DNA of 17,869 nt, from NCBI GenBank assembly GCA_964619725.1, contig CAZUFC010000153.1:1-17869 (forward strand), given 5' to 3'. The position numbers and the translations under genes are program-made. Numbering within the stretch: position 1 is the first letter of the stretch; each line of letters starts with the position of its first letter. The DNA is from an uncultured bacterium. GTDB lineage: Bacteria; CSSED10-310; CAZUFC01. The notes under the pieces were generated by a model that was given only the letters and a program-made list of their open reading frames with translations, was not told the origin of the DNA and ran no database searches. Below, piece after piece: positions 8,550-17,436 of this stretch.

Positions 8550-8648
8550 TCAAAAGAAAATTAAATCATGTTTCCAAAATTTCCTGCTAACCTTCTCCGT
8601 TGAATTTCGCAGACAAATTATCCCCTGCTTTCTTTTGCATCCTTTCAT
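8550..8648 (-). CDS. Possible small basic peptide, 32 aa (MKGCKRKQGIICLRNSTEKVSRKFWKHDLIFF)
   Basis: Near-perfect SD GAGGAGGT 5 nt upstream of ATG; below the ORF-track cutoff; no recognisable family. Confidence 0.35.
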   Translation of the reverse strand: MKGCKRKQGIICLRNSTEKVSRKFWKHDLIFF

Positions 8649-8708
8649 TCTTTACCTCCTCTTCCTGTTAGAGCCATTTTGGTTGTCCTCGCCAATTCTA
8701 ACTCTTAA

Positions 8709-8735
8709 TACGAAAACCAAGCCCGTTCATCCGGA
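8709..8735 (-). promoter_or_regulatory. Candidate ECF-type promoter, divergent from the sigma gene
   Basis: Minus strand TCCGGA-17 bp-CGTA preceded by a T-rich tract; CGT -10 elements are typical of ECF promoters. Confidence 0.35.
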
Positions 8736-8761
8736 CCGTTTCGCAAAAAATTAAAAATCTG

Positions 8762-8790
8762 TTGTCAACGAATTGCGGAAATGTTAAAAT
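8762..8790 (+). promoter_or_regulatory. Sigma70-type promoter for the sigma/anti-sigma operon
   Basis: TTGTCA-17 bp-TAAAAT with extended -10 TG. Confidence 0.55.
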
Positions 8791-8870
8791 AAAAACGTTG
8801 AAATGAATCCGTTTTACGGGACGAATATAATAACGACGATGAAAAAAAATCCGGAAATGCAATTAAAGCA

Positions 8871-9416
8871 ATGAGCGAAGCGGGAAAATACCAGGAATAC
8901 TATGAAAAATTCGCTGCCAGACTTTTCAGACACGTCTTCAGATTAATAAAAAACGAATCGAAGGCGCATGAAATCGTGAACGAAGCATTCAAAAAATGGA
9001 TGGAAAAAGAATATGTCCTGGAAAACGATTCGCATGCCTGGATCATGCTGTCTCTTATTTCAAGAAGATTGGCTTTTGATTACCTCAGAAGACAAAAAAA
9101 AGAAATTATTCTTGAAAATGAATCGCTGAATTCGATATACAACGGCATTGCGTCTGAGAACCGACTCCAAAAAAATCCCCTGGATTTCTGCATACAGAAC
9201 GAAGAAAAAAAAATAATTCATAGAATATTCCGGACATACACAGACAAACTCGTAAAAGAAGATAGGGAGTTGCTCATTGCTGCGCTTATCGCTGATGAGA
9301 CTTATGAAAAACTTTCTAAAAGATTCGGTAAACCCAGTTCTACTCTTCACGATCGCGTTAAAAAGTTAAAGGGAGAGTTAAGACATCGACTCGAAAAGGC
9401 AGGAATTTATGACTGA
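8871..9416 (+). CDS. ECF (sigma-70 group 4) RNA polymerase sigma factor
   Basis: 181 aa; region 2 AHEIVNEAF...WIMLSLISRRLAFDYLRRQK; region 4 HTH TYEKLSKRFGKPSSTLHDRVKKLKGELR. Confidence 0.88.
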   Translation: MSEAGKYQEYYEKFAARLFRHVFRLIKNESKAHEIVNEAFKKWMEKEYVLENDSHAWIMLSLISRRLAFDYLRRQKKEIILENESLNSIYNGIASENRLQKNPLDFCIQNEEKKIIHRIFRTYTDKLVKEDRELLIAALIADETYEKLSKRFGKPSSTLHDRVKKLKGELRHRLEKAGIYD

Positions 9417-10101
9417 TTGTAATCGATTTAGACCAGAAGATGTTGAACGTTATATTCATCGCGAAATGTCGGAAAGCGAAGAGTACGAGTTTTTTAAACA
9501 TCTTCTGGAATGCGAGAGGTGCGGCCGTGCGCTCGAGATTGAAGCGGAATTAATTCGAGAGGCGGAAGAGTATCGATGGATTATGATCAGGGACGCGCTT
9601 TTGTTTGTTGCGGCCGCGGGCATTCCTTCGGCATTGAGAGAGTCCAGAAAATATCAAATCAGAAAAGACGAAAAAGAAAACGATTTTATTCTGATCAATT
9701 TAAGCGGTCTGAAAGAGATCGTTTATGAACGACTGACGAGACAAATATTTCCGACGCCGAGCAAAAAAATAAAATTATCGTTTTCCGGTTTCCGCAATAA
9801 GGCAATCGGATATGAAGCCCTTTTAACTATTATTTCTGAATCTGATATCATAAAAATCTGTGAAAATGAAACTCCGACGACAAGTGAAATAATCCGCTGT
9901 TTTAGTAATTTGCTGAAGCATTCGGATTCTGATTCGCCCGGCATTAGACGACTTAAAACCAACGCTTTATGTTTCGCCGGTCAAATAATGGATGACGAAG
10001 GAACAGGCAAAGCTGATTTTCTTTTGTCTCCTCAAGAAATACAGGCGGCTGCGAAAAAAAGTAATCATTTATTGATCATAGTGAGACAGCGCCCATCTTA
10101 A
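9409..10101 (+). CDS. Zinc-binding (ZAS/zf-HC2) anti-sigma-like protein, apparently soluble
   Basis: N-terminal Cys plus HLLECERC (HxxxCxxC); 8-nt overlap with the sigma gene; no convincing transmembrane helix; C-terminal domain unrecognised. Confidence 0.82.
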   Translation: MTDCNRFRPEDVERYIHREMSESEEYEFFKHLLECERCGRALEIEAELIREAEEYRWIMIRDALLFVAAAGIPSALRESRKYQIRKDEKENDFILINLSGLKEIVYERLTRQIFPTPSKKIKLSFSGFRNKAIGYEALLTIISESDIIKICENETPTTSEIIRCFSNLLKHSDSDSPGIRRLKTNALCFAGQIMDDEGTGKADFLLSPQEIQAAAKKSNHLLIIVRQRPS

Positions 10102-10168
10102 TCCTTTTTTTCCCTGGTTGCAGAAAACAGTAAGCGCAGTTGAAAATTCCAGTCCAGTGTTTTATGAA

Positions 10169-13100
10169 TCATTTTCCCGTCAAATAAAAACCAGCCCAGT
10201 AAAAAGGATTCCTGTTCAGCTTCCTGGCTTCAATCTGCGTTTGACGGAGCGCTTTTGCGGGAGTCATTTTTTCTATCATCATTTTTCTGTAGAATTTTTC
10301 CATGAATGCGCACGTAAATTCGTCATCCACGACCCATAAGCTTGATATCACGGCATTTGCCCCTGCATGCAGAAATCCTGCAGGAAGCCCGATATACTCG
10401 TCTGCTTTCTCTGAGTATTCCACCAGCCCTGATTCGCAAGCGGAAAGAACGACCAGTCGATTTCCGTACATTTTCAGATTGGTGAAAATTTCATTTAACG
10501 TTAATTTGCGAGTCCAATCTCCATTATTTCCGAGCAGCCCTCCATCGTTTTTTATTATGCTTGATCGTAACTTGCCTTTGTAAAAATATTTTCTTTGCTC
10601 CGCGCCTTCTTTAGTGCGACGAACTTCACTTATCTTACGACCGCGAGAAGAGTAACAAACTGAAACCAGTTCGCCTTCCGAATCGTTTTTATCATGTAAT
10701 TCAGGCTCTTCATAATTCAACGTCAAATCGAGATAAGAAGCATAGGGGTCTTGAAGATTAAAATTTCCGTGAACGGCAAAATGCAGATAACCGGCATTCT
10801 GTATGCCTGAAATCACCTCGTCATACTCGGCATCCATCTCTGAAAAGGAAATTGAATCGGAAAATAGCCGGCTGATTCTATTTATTTCTTCTTCAGTCCA
10901 CTCCAGATTCTTGGTCAGATCAGATATTCCCAGAAAATTTCGAAGCGGTTCCTTTTGCTGCCGTTCATTCCGATACAGGATCGTGAGACTCGGCGCAAAC
11001 GTTACGTCAAATTCTTCTATTAAATATTTTCTATTTCCTTTAACATTTCTGCTGAGAAGATTCAAAGGAAAAATGTGAAGCGCCAGGTGGGGAACAATGA
11101 TTAATTTCTTGATCTCTAATTCTTTCAGATGGTCGATGGCTGAATCGAAGAAATTATCCGACAAGTTTTTGAGAAACCGCAGCATATAGTTCCCCCATGC
11201 CTGCCTCTCTTTAGGCGAACCGTCTGATTCCTGCCTTTCCTGAAATTGCTGGTACCGTTGAACCCATCTGTTGCATAATTTTTTCAATTCATTCAAATGG
11301 AACTCATCAGCAAAAACAGATTCTATACAAGGCGTGCCCCTTCTTTTAAATAAAAAGAAAATGACTGTTCCATGTTCAGTAATATTGAATTCGACGGCTG
11401 CCGTCTGATCGTCGGGGATTAGCGATGACATATCATTGAACTCTATGCTTTGCCGCAGAAAATCCGGTTTGTATTTTTGTATTCGTTCAATGAGTGCATC
11501 CAATTTTTTCTTTGTTTCTAAAACATCTTCGATAATTTCATCGAAATTACGCCTGGGGTTCCGTTGCTCGCCTTCCAGAGCCTTCAATCGATCCGACAAT
11601 TCTTTATAACAGTTTTTATCCTCCCGGCGGATATCTTCAAATTTTGCTCTGTCCAAAGCAATAATCTGATTTAAAGCTCTTGTTTTTCCCCGCTCCAACC
11701 ATTCGAGAGCGTCCTTATTCCTGCCGATCTTTGCAAGACACCATGCCGAATTATAATAAAGTGCGGCGCCGGCTTTTATCTCATGATCGCGAGATACGGC
11801 GAGCGCCAGTTGTTTATTGGAATTGTCATCAGCTAAAGCTGCCTTTTCATATGCCTCCAATGCCGCCTGGTAATTCTTGCGCAATATGTGAATGTCTCCG
11901 AGATGTAAAAATACGTTTCTTGAATTGCCTGGAAATGACTCCGGAGTTAAAACGCTAAGGGCATCCTCGAAACATTGAACGGCTTTCTCCAGATTTTCTT
12001 TGTGGCGTTTACCCGGATTCATTTTATAGGTTTTCCCTAGCAGATAGCACGTCAGCGCCCAATGCATCGGAATTTTTTCTTTTTTCCGAAACTCCAATGC
12101 CGCTTTGAAATTTTTAATTGCCTCCCTTTTGTTCTCTTCTGCATCGCCGCGAATTCTATTACTGTATATCTGACCGATGTTATGATGCACAGCAGAACTC
12201 TCGAAAGGATAATCTTCGTTAAATATTTCAAGAGCTGACTGGTAATGCTTCAGGGACATTTCCAGATTCGCGGCCCTATTCCCCTTAATACGGTCTTTAT
12301 AAGCATGCGCCAGGTTGAATTGAGTCGTAGCCCAGAATACGGGAAATGTTTTTCGTTTTCTGACGCTCAAAGCCTTTTTGTAACAATGAACAGCATATTC
12401 GACGTTTTTCAATCGGTCTCCGTGTATGCGGTCTTTGTATACGAAACCGAGATTATTCAAAACCTTCGACCATTCGACCGGCCAGGCTTCATTACTGAAA
12501 ACTTCCAAGGCCCTCTTGTAGTGTCGTATTGATTTTTCTATATTGACTCCCTTATCACCGTTTATTCGCTCGTAATAGGCGTTGGCCAGAGATGCATGAG
12601 TTCTGGCCCATTGAGTAGAATGTGAAGTTTTACGAAGAGCAGACAAAGATTTTTTGAAGCATTTGATCGAAGCATCGACATTTGCGGCGCGATTGCCCGA
12701 TTCTGAATATTTCAAACCGTCTCCAAGAAGTTGCTGTAATCGTGCCCATAGAAAAGAATATTTATTTTCACTCACTGCATCGACCGCGCTCATCCCGCAA
12801 TTGACCGTTTCCTCGTAATCTCTCAGGTATAGAAAAGCCACTCCAAGATGTCGCTGAATTACAGCATGGAAAATCGGCAGTTTTTCTTTCCTTACTGCCT
12901 CGCGCGCTGATTTCAGGTATTGAATCGCTTTCCATAAATTTTCTTTTGTATGTCCCAAATTAATGTAAGCGATTCCCAAGCTCATTATAATATCTGACCA
13001 ACTGATCGGATGAAGGTCTCTCCGGAAAAATCTCAAGGCCTTGTTAAAATTGTCGATTGCTTTGTTTATATTATTCTTTTTATTGCCATTCAATCGATAC

Positions 13101-13855
13101 AGATGAAAATTGCCGATGCTGACGAAAAAATGGGCCGGTTTATAAGATGTCGCGGAAGAATTGTTGATTTTTTCGGCAGCATTATAATACCTCAATCCCT
13201 TCTCGTAGCATTTCGATTTTTCCTGGATATTTGCAGAATGAAACTTCGAATAAAACATTCCCATACCCAAAATGATTTTAGTCCACTCTTCCGGATGCTC
13301 CTTCCGGTCAATTAACGAAAGAGCTTCTTTGAAACATTTCAGAGCTTTTGTATGATGTTTCCCCGGATCAATGAAGTTATAATTGATAAATGAAAAACCC
13401 TTCTCCATGCTCAAGCATGCTTTGACATAGGAGGATGAAGAGCCGTAAATCAAATCAACGATTGAATTGAAAATTTCAAATCTCAACATCACTGTATCGT
13501 AAGTTCGGGGCAATAGTTTCCCAAACAAAACAGCGTTTCGTCCATACAACTCGCTATGGAAATCCGTCGGACGCTTCAGAAAAATCCATCTCTCCCAGAA
13601 TGAGTAGTTTTCCTCTTCCGCTGATTTTATGGCCGATTCAAGTGAAATTCGATTTACTCGTAATTGTCTATCCAATTCTAATAATCCTTTCTCGCTTTCG
13701 GGATACTCCTGCTCATCTCTCATTTTCCAATCAAGTTCGAGAAACTTGACGGCATCGGGAACTGAAAAGAAAAATTTCTCCGAATCCATAAAATTATAAA
13801 CAGTTTTTAAACCTTCCTGAATAGCCTTAAAATCGAATCTTGCGTCAATATTCAT
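10169..13855 (-). CDS. TPR-CHAT (caspase-like, clan CD) protease
   Basis: About ten TPR-like repeats, several ~47 aa with a P..W...NL..AY..RIxGD...N.E.AI pattern; ALEWLERGKTRAL; LIIVPHLALHIFPL; LHFAVHG (His1029); LVVLSACESG (Cys1140); GANAVISSLWVVDD; PFYWAGF. Confidence 0.95.
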   Translation of the reverse strand: MNIDARFDFKAIQEGLKTVYNFMDSEKFFFSVPDAVKFLELDWKMRDEQEYPESEKGLLELDRQLRVNRISLESAIKSAEEENYSFWERWIFLKRPTDFHSELYGRNAVLFGKLLPRTYDTVMLRFEIFNSIVDLIYGSSSSYVKACLSMEKGFSFINYNFIDPGKHHTKALKCFKEALSLIDRKEHPEEWTKIILGMGMFYSKFHSANIQEKSKCYEKGLRYYNAAEKINNSSATSYKPAHFFVSIGNFHLYRLNGNKKNNINKAIDNFNKALRFFRRDLHPISWSDIIMSLGIAYINLGHTKENLWKAIQYLKSAREAVRKEKLPIFHAVIQRHLGVAFLYLRDYEETVNCGMSAVDAVSENKYSFLWARLQQLLGDGLKYSESGNRAANVDASIKCFKKSLSALRKTSHSTQWARTHASLANAYYERINGDKGVNIEKSIRHYKRALEVFSNEAWPVEWSKVLNNLGFVYKDRIHGDRLKNVEYAVHCYKKALSVRKRKTFPVFWATTQFNLAHAYKDRIKGNRAANLEMSLKHYQSALEIFNEDYPFESSAVHHNIGQIYSNRIRGDAEENKREAIKNFKAALEFRKKEKIPMHWALTCYLLGKTYKMNPGKRHKENLEKAVQCFEDALSVLTPESFPGNSRNVFLHLGDIHILRKNYQAALEAYEKAALADDNSNKQLALAVSRDHEIKAGAALYYNSAWCLAKIGRNKDALEWLERGKTRALNQIIALDRAKFEDIRREDKNCYKELSDRLKALEGEQRNPRRNFDEIIEDVLETKKKLDALIERIQKYKPDFLRQSIEFNDMSSLIPDDQTAAVEFNITEHGTVIFFLFKRRGTPCIESVFADEFHLNELKKLCNRWVQRYQQFQERQESDGSPKERQAWGNYMLRFLKNLSDNFFDSAIDHLKELEIKKLIIVPHLALHIFPLNLLSRNVKGNRKYLIEEFDVTFAPSLTILYRNERQQKEPLRNFLGISDLTKNLEWTEEEINRISRLFSDSISFSEMDAEYDEVISGIQNAGYLHFAVHGNFNLQDPYASYLDLTLNYEEPELHDKNDSEGELVSVCYSSRGRKISEVRRTKEGAEQRKYFYKGKLRSSIIKNDGGLLGNNGDWTRKLTLNEIFTNLKMYGNRLVVLSACESGLVEYSEKADEYIGLPAGFLHAGANAVISSLWVVDDEFTCAFMEKFYRKMMIEKMTPAKALRQTQIEARKLNRNPFYWAGFYLTGK

Positions 13856-14193
13856 GGATTTTTTCTACTCCATTTTGAAAAAGAGCAATTAATTAACTTG
13901 ACATCCGATTTCTTGTCAGGTTCATGTCAAAGTTTCGAAAGATATTAATTTAAAAACTCTATCCTCTTTGTAAAGAACCAAATTTTCACAAAAAAATCCT
14001 ATGTCATTTTAGCATTTATTTCAAGCGGAAGTGACAAAAAAATCGCAAAAGTTTATCAAAGAATAAATACAGATGTTTTCTTTGGGTTTTTGAAGCATTT
14101 CAGGGAGTGAATTCATGAATGTCTATTTTCTTGTAAAATAAATAACAGCAACCTTCTGGAACGAACAGAGATTTTTTTCCCGTTTTCGGCTTC

Positions 14194-14286
14194 AAAAAAA
14201 TTGCGTTCCCCGGTGTGCTCCGTGAGGAGTCGCTGTTTTAAAAACCAGCGCATCTCCTCACTCCGCAAGCCGGGGACGCAATTTTT
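14194..14286. other. Degenerate second copy of the post-VR hairpin
   Basis: Aligns with 3690-3785 but has uncompensated mismatches and a 1-nt deletion (GGGGACGC vs GGGGAACGC). Confidence 0.85.
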
Positions 14287-14317
14287 ACGAGGTAAATTGG
14301 AAAAAAATTAAGGGTGA

Positions 14318-15379
14318 CTAATCTCCGGACCTTGCAGGACGAAAACCGACATTGCTGCTGCATCCAGGCGAATAGTTACCCCGACAACCCGAACGACAGT
14401 GTTTGGCCTCATAATCCCAGCTTCCTCCACGAATAATGCGGCTCGCTCCCTCATCCGGGCCGGCAGGGTCGTTAATCGGAGAATACTCATAGTAATAACG
14501 ATCATACCTGTCCCAGCACCATTCCCAAACGTTGCCGTGCATATCGTACAAATCCCAGGAGTTGGCCTTTTTCTGAGCGACTTTGTTTGTTTCACTTGAA
14601 TTTTCTTCATACCATGCCGAAGGATTTAATTGCGGGTCTTCACCCCAGCAGCTCGTATTATCCTGACCGCTGTTGTAAGGCGTATCGGTTCCCGCCCGGC
14701 AGGCGTATTCCCATTCCGCTTCCGTGGGCAGCCGGTATCCGTTCGCTGACTGATCCCAGTAAACAGTTCCGCTGAGAACCGGCGGCGTTCCGTCGAATAC
14801 CATGGAATAGGAGGCATCCGCATAATAACAGGGCGTCAATCCGTCGGCCGTGGAAAGACGGTTGCAGTAAATACAGGCGTCATACCAGGTTATTTCTTCC
14901 ACGGGTCTTTGAGGTCCTGAAAACCAGGAGGGATTCTCTCCAAAAACATTCACCCACTGTTCCTGGGTGGTTTCCGTCTGCTGAATGTAAAATCCTTGCG
15001 TCAACGTCACCGTATGGATAAGTTCATCGCCGTGACGGCACATCTCGTCCTCCGGCGAACTCATCTGAAACGTTCCCGGTGGGCAATATATGAAATTGGT
15101 CGAAACGGGAAGCGGAGTCGGCGTTTCCGTCCATTCCGGCGTCGGAATGCACGTCGGCGTGTCTGTCGGCGTCAGAGTTAACGTCGGCGTTTTCGTCGAC
15201 GTATCAGCAGGCGTTAACGTTACCGTCGGATTGTCAGTAGCTTCGCCGGTCGGCTTCAGCGTCGGCTCTTGCGTCCGTTCGGGCGTCGGCGTCGTAAAAG
15301 GCGTTGCGGTCGGCTCACCGTCGACAGGTCCGTAACCGAATTCCACGCAGTCGAATTATCCCATTATCCGCGACATGTC
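14318..15379 (-). pseudogene. 5'-truncated paralogue of the FGE/CLec gene
   Basis: CLec region is highly similar in DNA to 3960-4610; 15341-15379 matches 6121-6159 with CAA->TAA at 15356-15358; no signal peptide; residual 342-aa ORF starts at an internal GTG (15346). Confidence 0.8.
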
Positions 15380-15447
15380 TGAGATTACCTGTGTAAATGG
15401 CTCCACATCTAAGACTTGGGTTATCGAAAGTATAAGATTCGTTTTTT

Positions 15448-16884
15448 CTACTGGAACATGATCTCTTTCACCGCCACATTGGAAATCATTGTCTCAGCGG
15501 ATAATGTAGCTTCCGTAAATCCTGCAGCATAGAAGTAAAATGGGCCGAAGGGTCCAATATCTCCCGGTAAATTAAAACCAGGCAGATACTCAATCGTGCG
15601 TTCTTCTCCTGCTGACAACGATTCGCGGTAAAAATCCGGCGTTTGCGCCCAGGTTGGTGCGAACCAGACTTCGCCCAAAACTTCCAGAAGGACGTAAGCA
15701 TCCACTGTCCGGGCAGGACCGGGATTGGTTATCCATAAAATTCCCTCCATGTAATCGCCGCTGCTGTAAGTCATATCATCGCCAAGATCGAAAACGAAAT
15801 CTGCGCCGGGTGTAGGAGTAGGTGTCGGAGCTGGACCCTCGCTATTCCATGCATGCTTGAGATTTTTATTATCTTCATCGTAGTACATAATATGAATGGT
15901 ACCGTCCGGAGTTTGACAGATTGATGTATATGTTCCGGTGAATCCGTTGTCGTCAACTACGGACAGATTCCATTGAACACCATTCCAGACCGCGTATTTG
16001 AGATCACCGTAGTTTCCATCATGGTAGCTGATGTGAGGATTGTTTTGCTCATCAAGCAACAGATCGCAGTGCATTCCTACGTACAACCCGGAATCGACTT
16101 GAAAATCGTCCCAACTGCCTGTTCCCTTGGAATGGAGAAACAAGCCTCCAGCGTCACAGTCATATCCTGCGATGTATGGATTATCGTTTGTATCAAGTTC
16201 AAGCGAACAGTATGCTCCTTTGCATCCGGTCGTGTTGACCTGTTCCGCTTGCCAACCGGAGGCATCTTTATAATGGTAATAAAGGCGGCCAATTCCTGCA
16301 GCACACGGGTAGTAGTTGCTCACACAGGGCTCACCAGAGGAAGTCAATTCCAGAGAATTGAAGTACGCGGGGAATCTCACTTCCTCGATGGTCCATGATG
16401 AACCGGTCCAATAAGCCAGATACATCACATTTGTTTGAAAAAAGTACGCTATATAAGGTCGATCCTGGGCATCAAGCTTCAGAGAAGTATGCGTACCGAC
16501 GTTTTCATTCCAGTCTACGGTTTCAGTATCCCAATTTCCATTATCTTTATATGCGTATTTCAGAGTGGTGTTACCCTCATCGCGATAACTGATTGCAGGT
16601 CGGTTTTCGGAATCAATGTCAATCGATGAATATAAACCAACAGAGCCGGCTGCATCGACGAATTCAATCTCCCATTGACTACCGTTGTAATACGCGTACT
16701 TCAGGTCCTCGTGAAACTCATCGTAATAGCTGACATGAATACCTCCATTCGAATCAACGGCCACGGAAGTATACTTGCCGACCTCGATGCCGTCATCCAC
16801 TGTTTCCGTCTGCCAGGCGCCATTACTGGCGTAAAACATTGATGAAATAAGCATCACAAAAATCAAACAAATTATAAGCTTCAT
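15448..16884 (-). CDS. Secreted 7-bladed beta-propeller protein with short Pro/Thr linker and unnamed C-terminal domain
   Basis: SD AAGGAGG before ATG 16884 (ORF open to 16914); signal peptide MKLIICLIFVMLISSMFYA; seven ~47-aa repeats W..E.VD....G.Y.S..lD....P.ISY.D.....LKYA. Confidence 0.88.
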   Translation of the reverse strand: MKLIICLIFVMLISSMFYASNGAWQTETVDDGIEVGKYTSVAVDSNGGIHVSYYDEFHEDLKYAYYNGSQWEIEFVDAAGSVGLYSSIDIDSENRPAISYRDEGNTTLKYAYKDNGNWDTETVDWNENVGTHTSLKLDAQDRPYIAYFFQTNVMYLAYWTGSSWTIEEVRFPAYFNSLELTSSGEPCVSNYYPCAAGIGRLYYHYKDASGWQAEQVNTTGCKGAYCSLELDTNDNPYIAGYDCDAGGLFLHSKGTGSWDDFQVDSGLYVGMHCDLLLDEQNNPHISYHDGNYGDLKYAVWNGVQWNLSVVDDNGFTGTYTSICQTPDGTIHIMYYDEDNKNLKHAWNSEGPAPTPTPTPGADFVFDLGDDMTYSSGDYMEGILWITNPGPARTVDAYVLLEVLGEVWFAPTWAQTPDFYRESLSAGEERTIEYLPGFNLPGDIGPFGPFYFYAAGFTEATLSAETMISNVAVKEIMFQ

Positions 16885-17024
16885 GGTCACCCTCCTTTTT
16901 GAATACCTATCCATTTGTTTTTAAAAAAGAGTCGTTTTTCTGTTAAATCGTCAGGTTGCATCCGCCACCTCTAAGGTGATTATCCTTTTTTGTATATCTG
17001 AAATCAAGTCCGTAATTCTCAATT

Positions 17025-17368
17025 GGATTGACAGGTTTTTTGGCAGGATTGACTTGATGTGGGATTGGAGTTTACAGCTTTTTTGAAAGGATTAACTGGA
17101 TTCGACAGGATCGACAGGATTTTTGGAATTACCTGACACGTTTCTAACGCGGATTTCTCATACAAAATCGTAGTGAGAGCGTTCAGATTCCCGCAGATTC
17201 AAGCATGGCGGACTGAAGGACTGCGGAAACATAGCAGCGCTACGTTGAGCAAGGCCGCAGGGAGCAGCGCTTGAAGGTGCGGGGATATGGACGCTCGTAA
17301 CAGGTTTTGTATGAGAAATGCGGGCTAAGTCCTGCATATCCAAAAATCCAGCGAATCCAAATCAATCC
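17025..17368. repeat. GGATT/ACAGGAT repeat arm and inverted AATCC arm bracketing the MITE
   Basis: GGATTTTTGGA (17117-17127) is the perfect complement of TCCAAAAATCC (17339-17349); further GGATT and AATCC units extend outward. Confidence 0.6.
17148..17324. mobile_element. MITE-like element, 177 bp
   Basis: 20-bp terminal inverted repeats with 2 mismatches (CGCGGATTTCTCATACAAAA / TTTTGTATGAGAAATGCGGG); CTAA on both flanks (17144-17147, 17325-17328); nested internal complementarity. Confidence 0.75.
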
Positions 17369-17436
17369 GGTCGATGCTGCCAACTCTTCAAACAAAAAGA
17401 ATCGGAACCTCCGGCAAAAAAATCATCTGCTCATGT

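Noticed and set aside
13898-13930. TTGACAT-N19-ATGTCAA inverted repeat upstream of the CHAT gene as promoter or operator
   Set aside because: No -10 element at 17 bp on the minus strand, and a 7-bp inverted repeat in AT-rich DNA is weak evidence.
14318-14460. Second CLec 3' end acting as the template repeat for the first
   Set aside because: It is not AAY-rich and differs from the first VR at many non-adenine positions.
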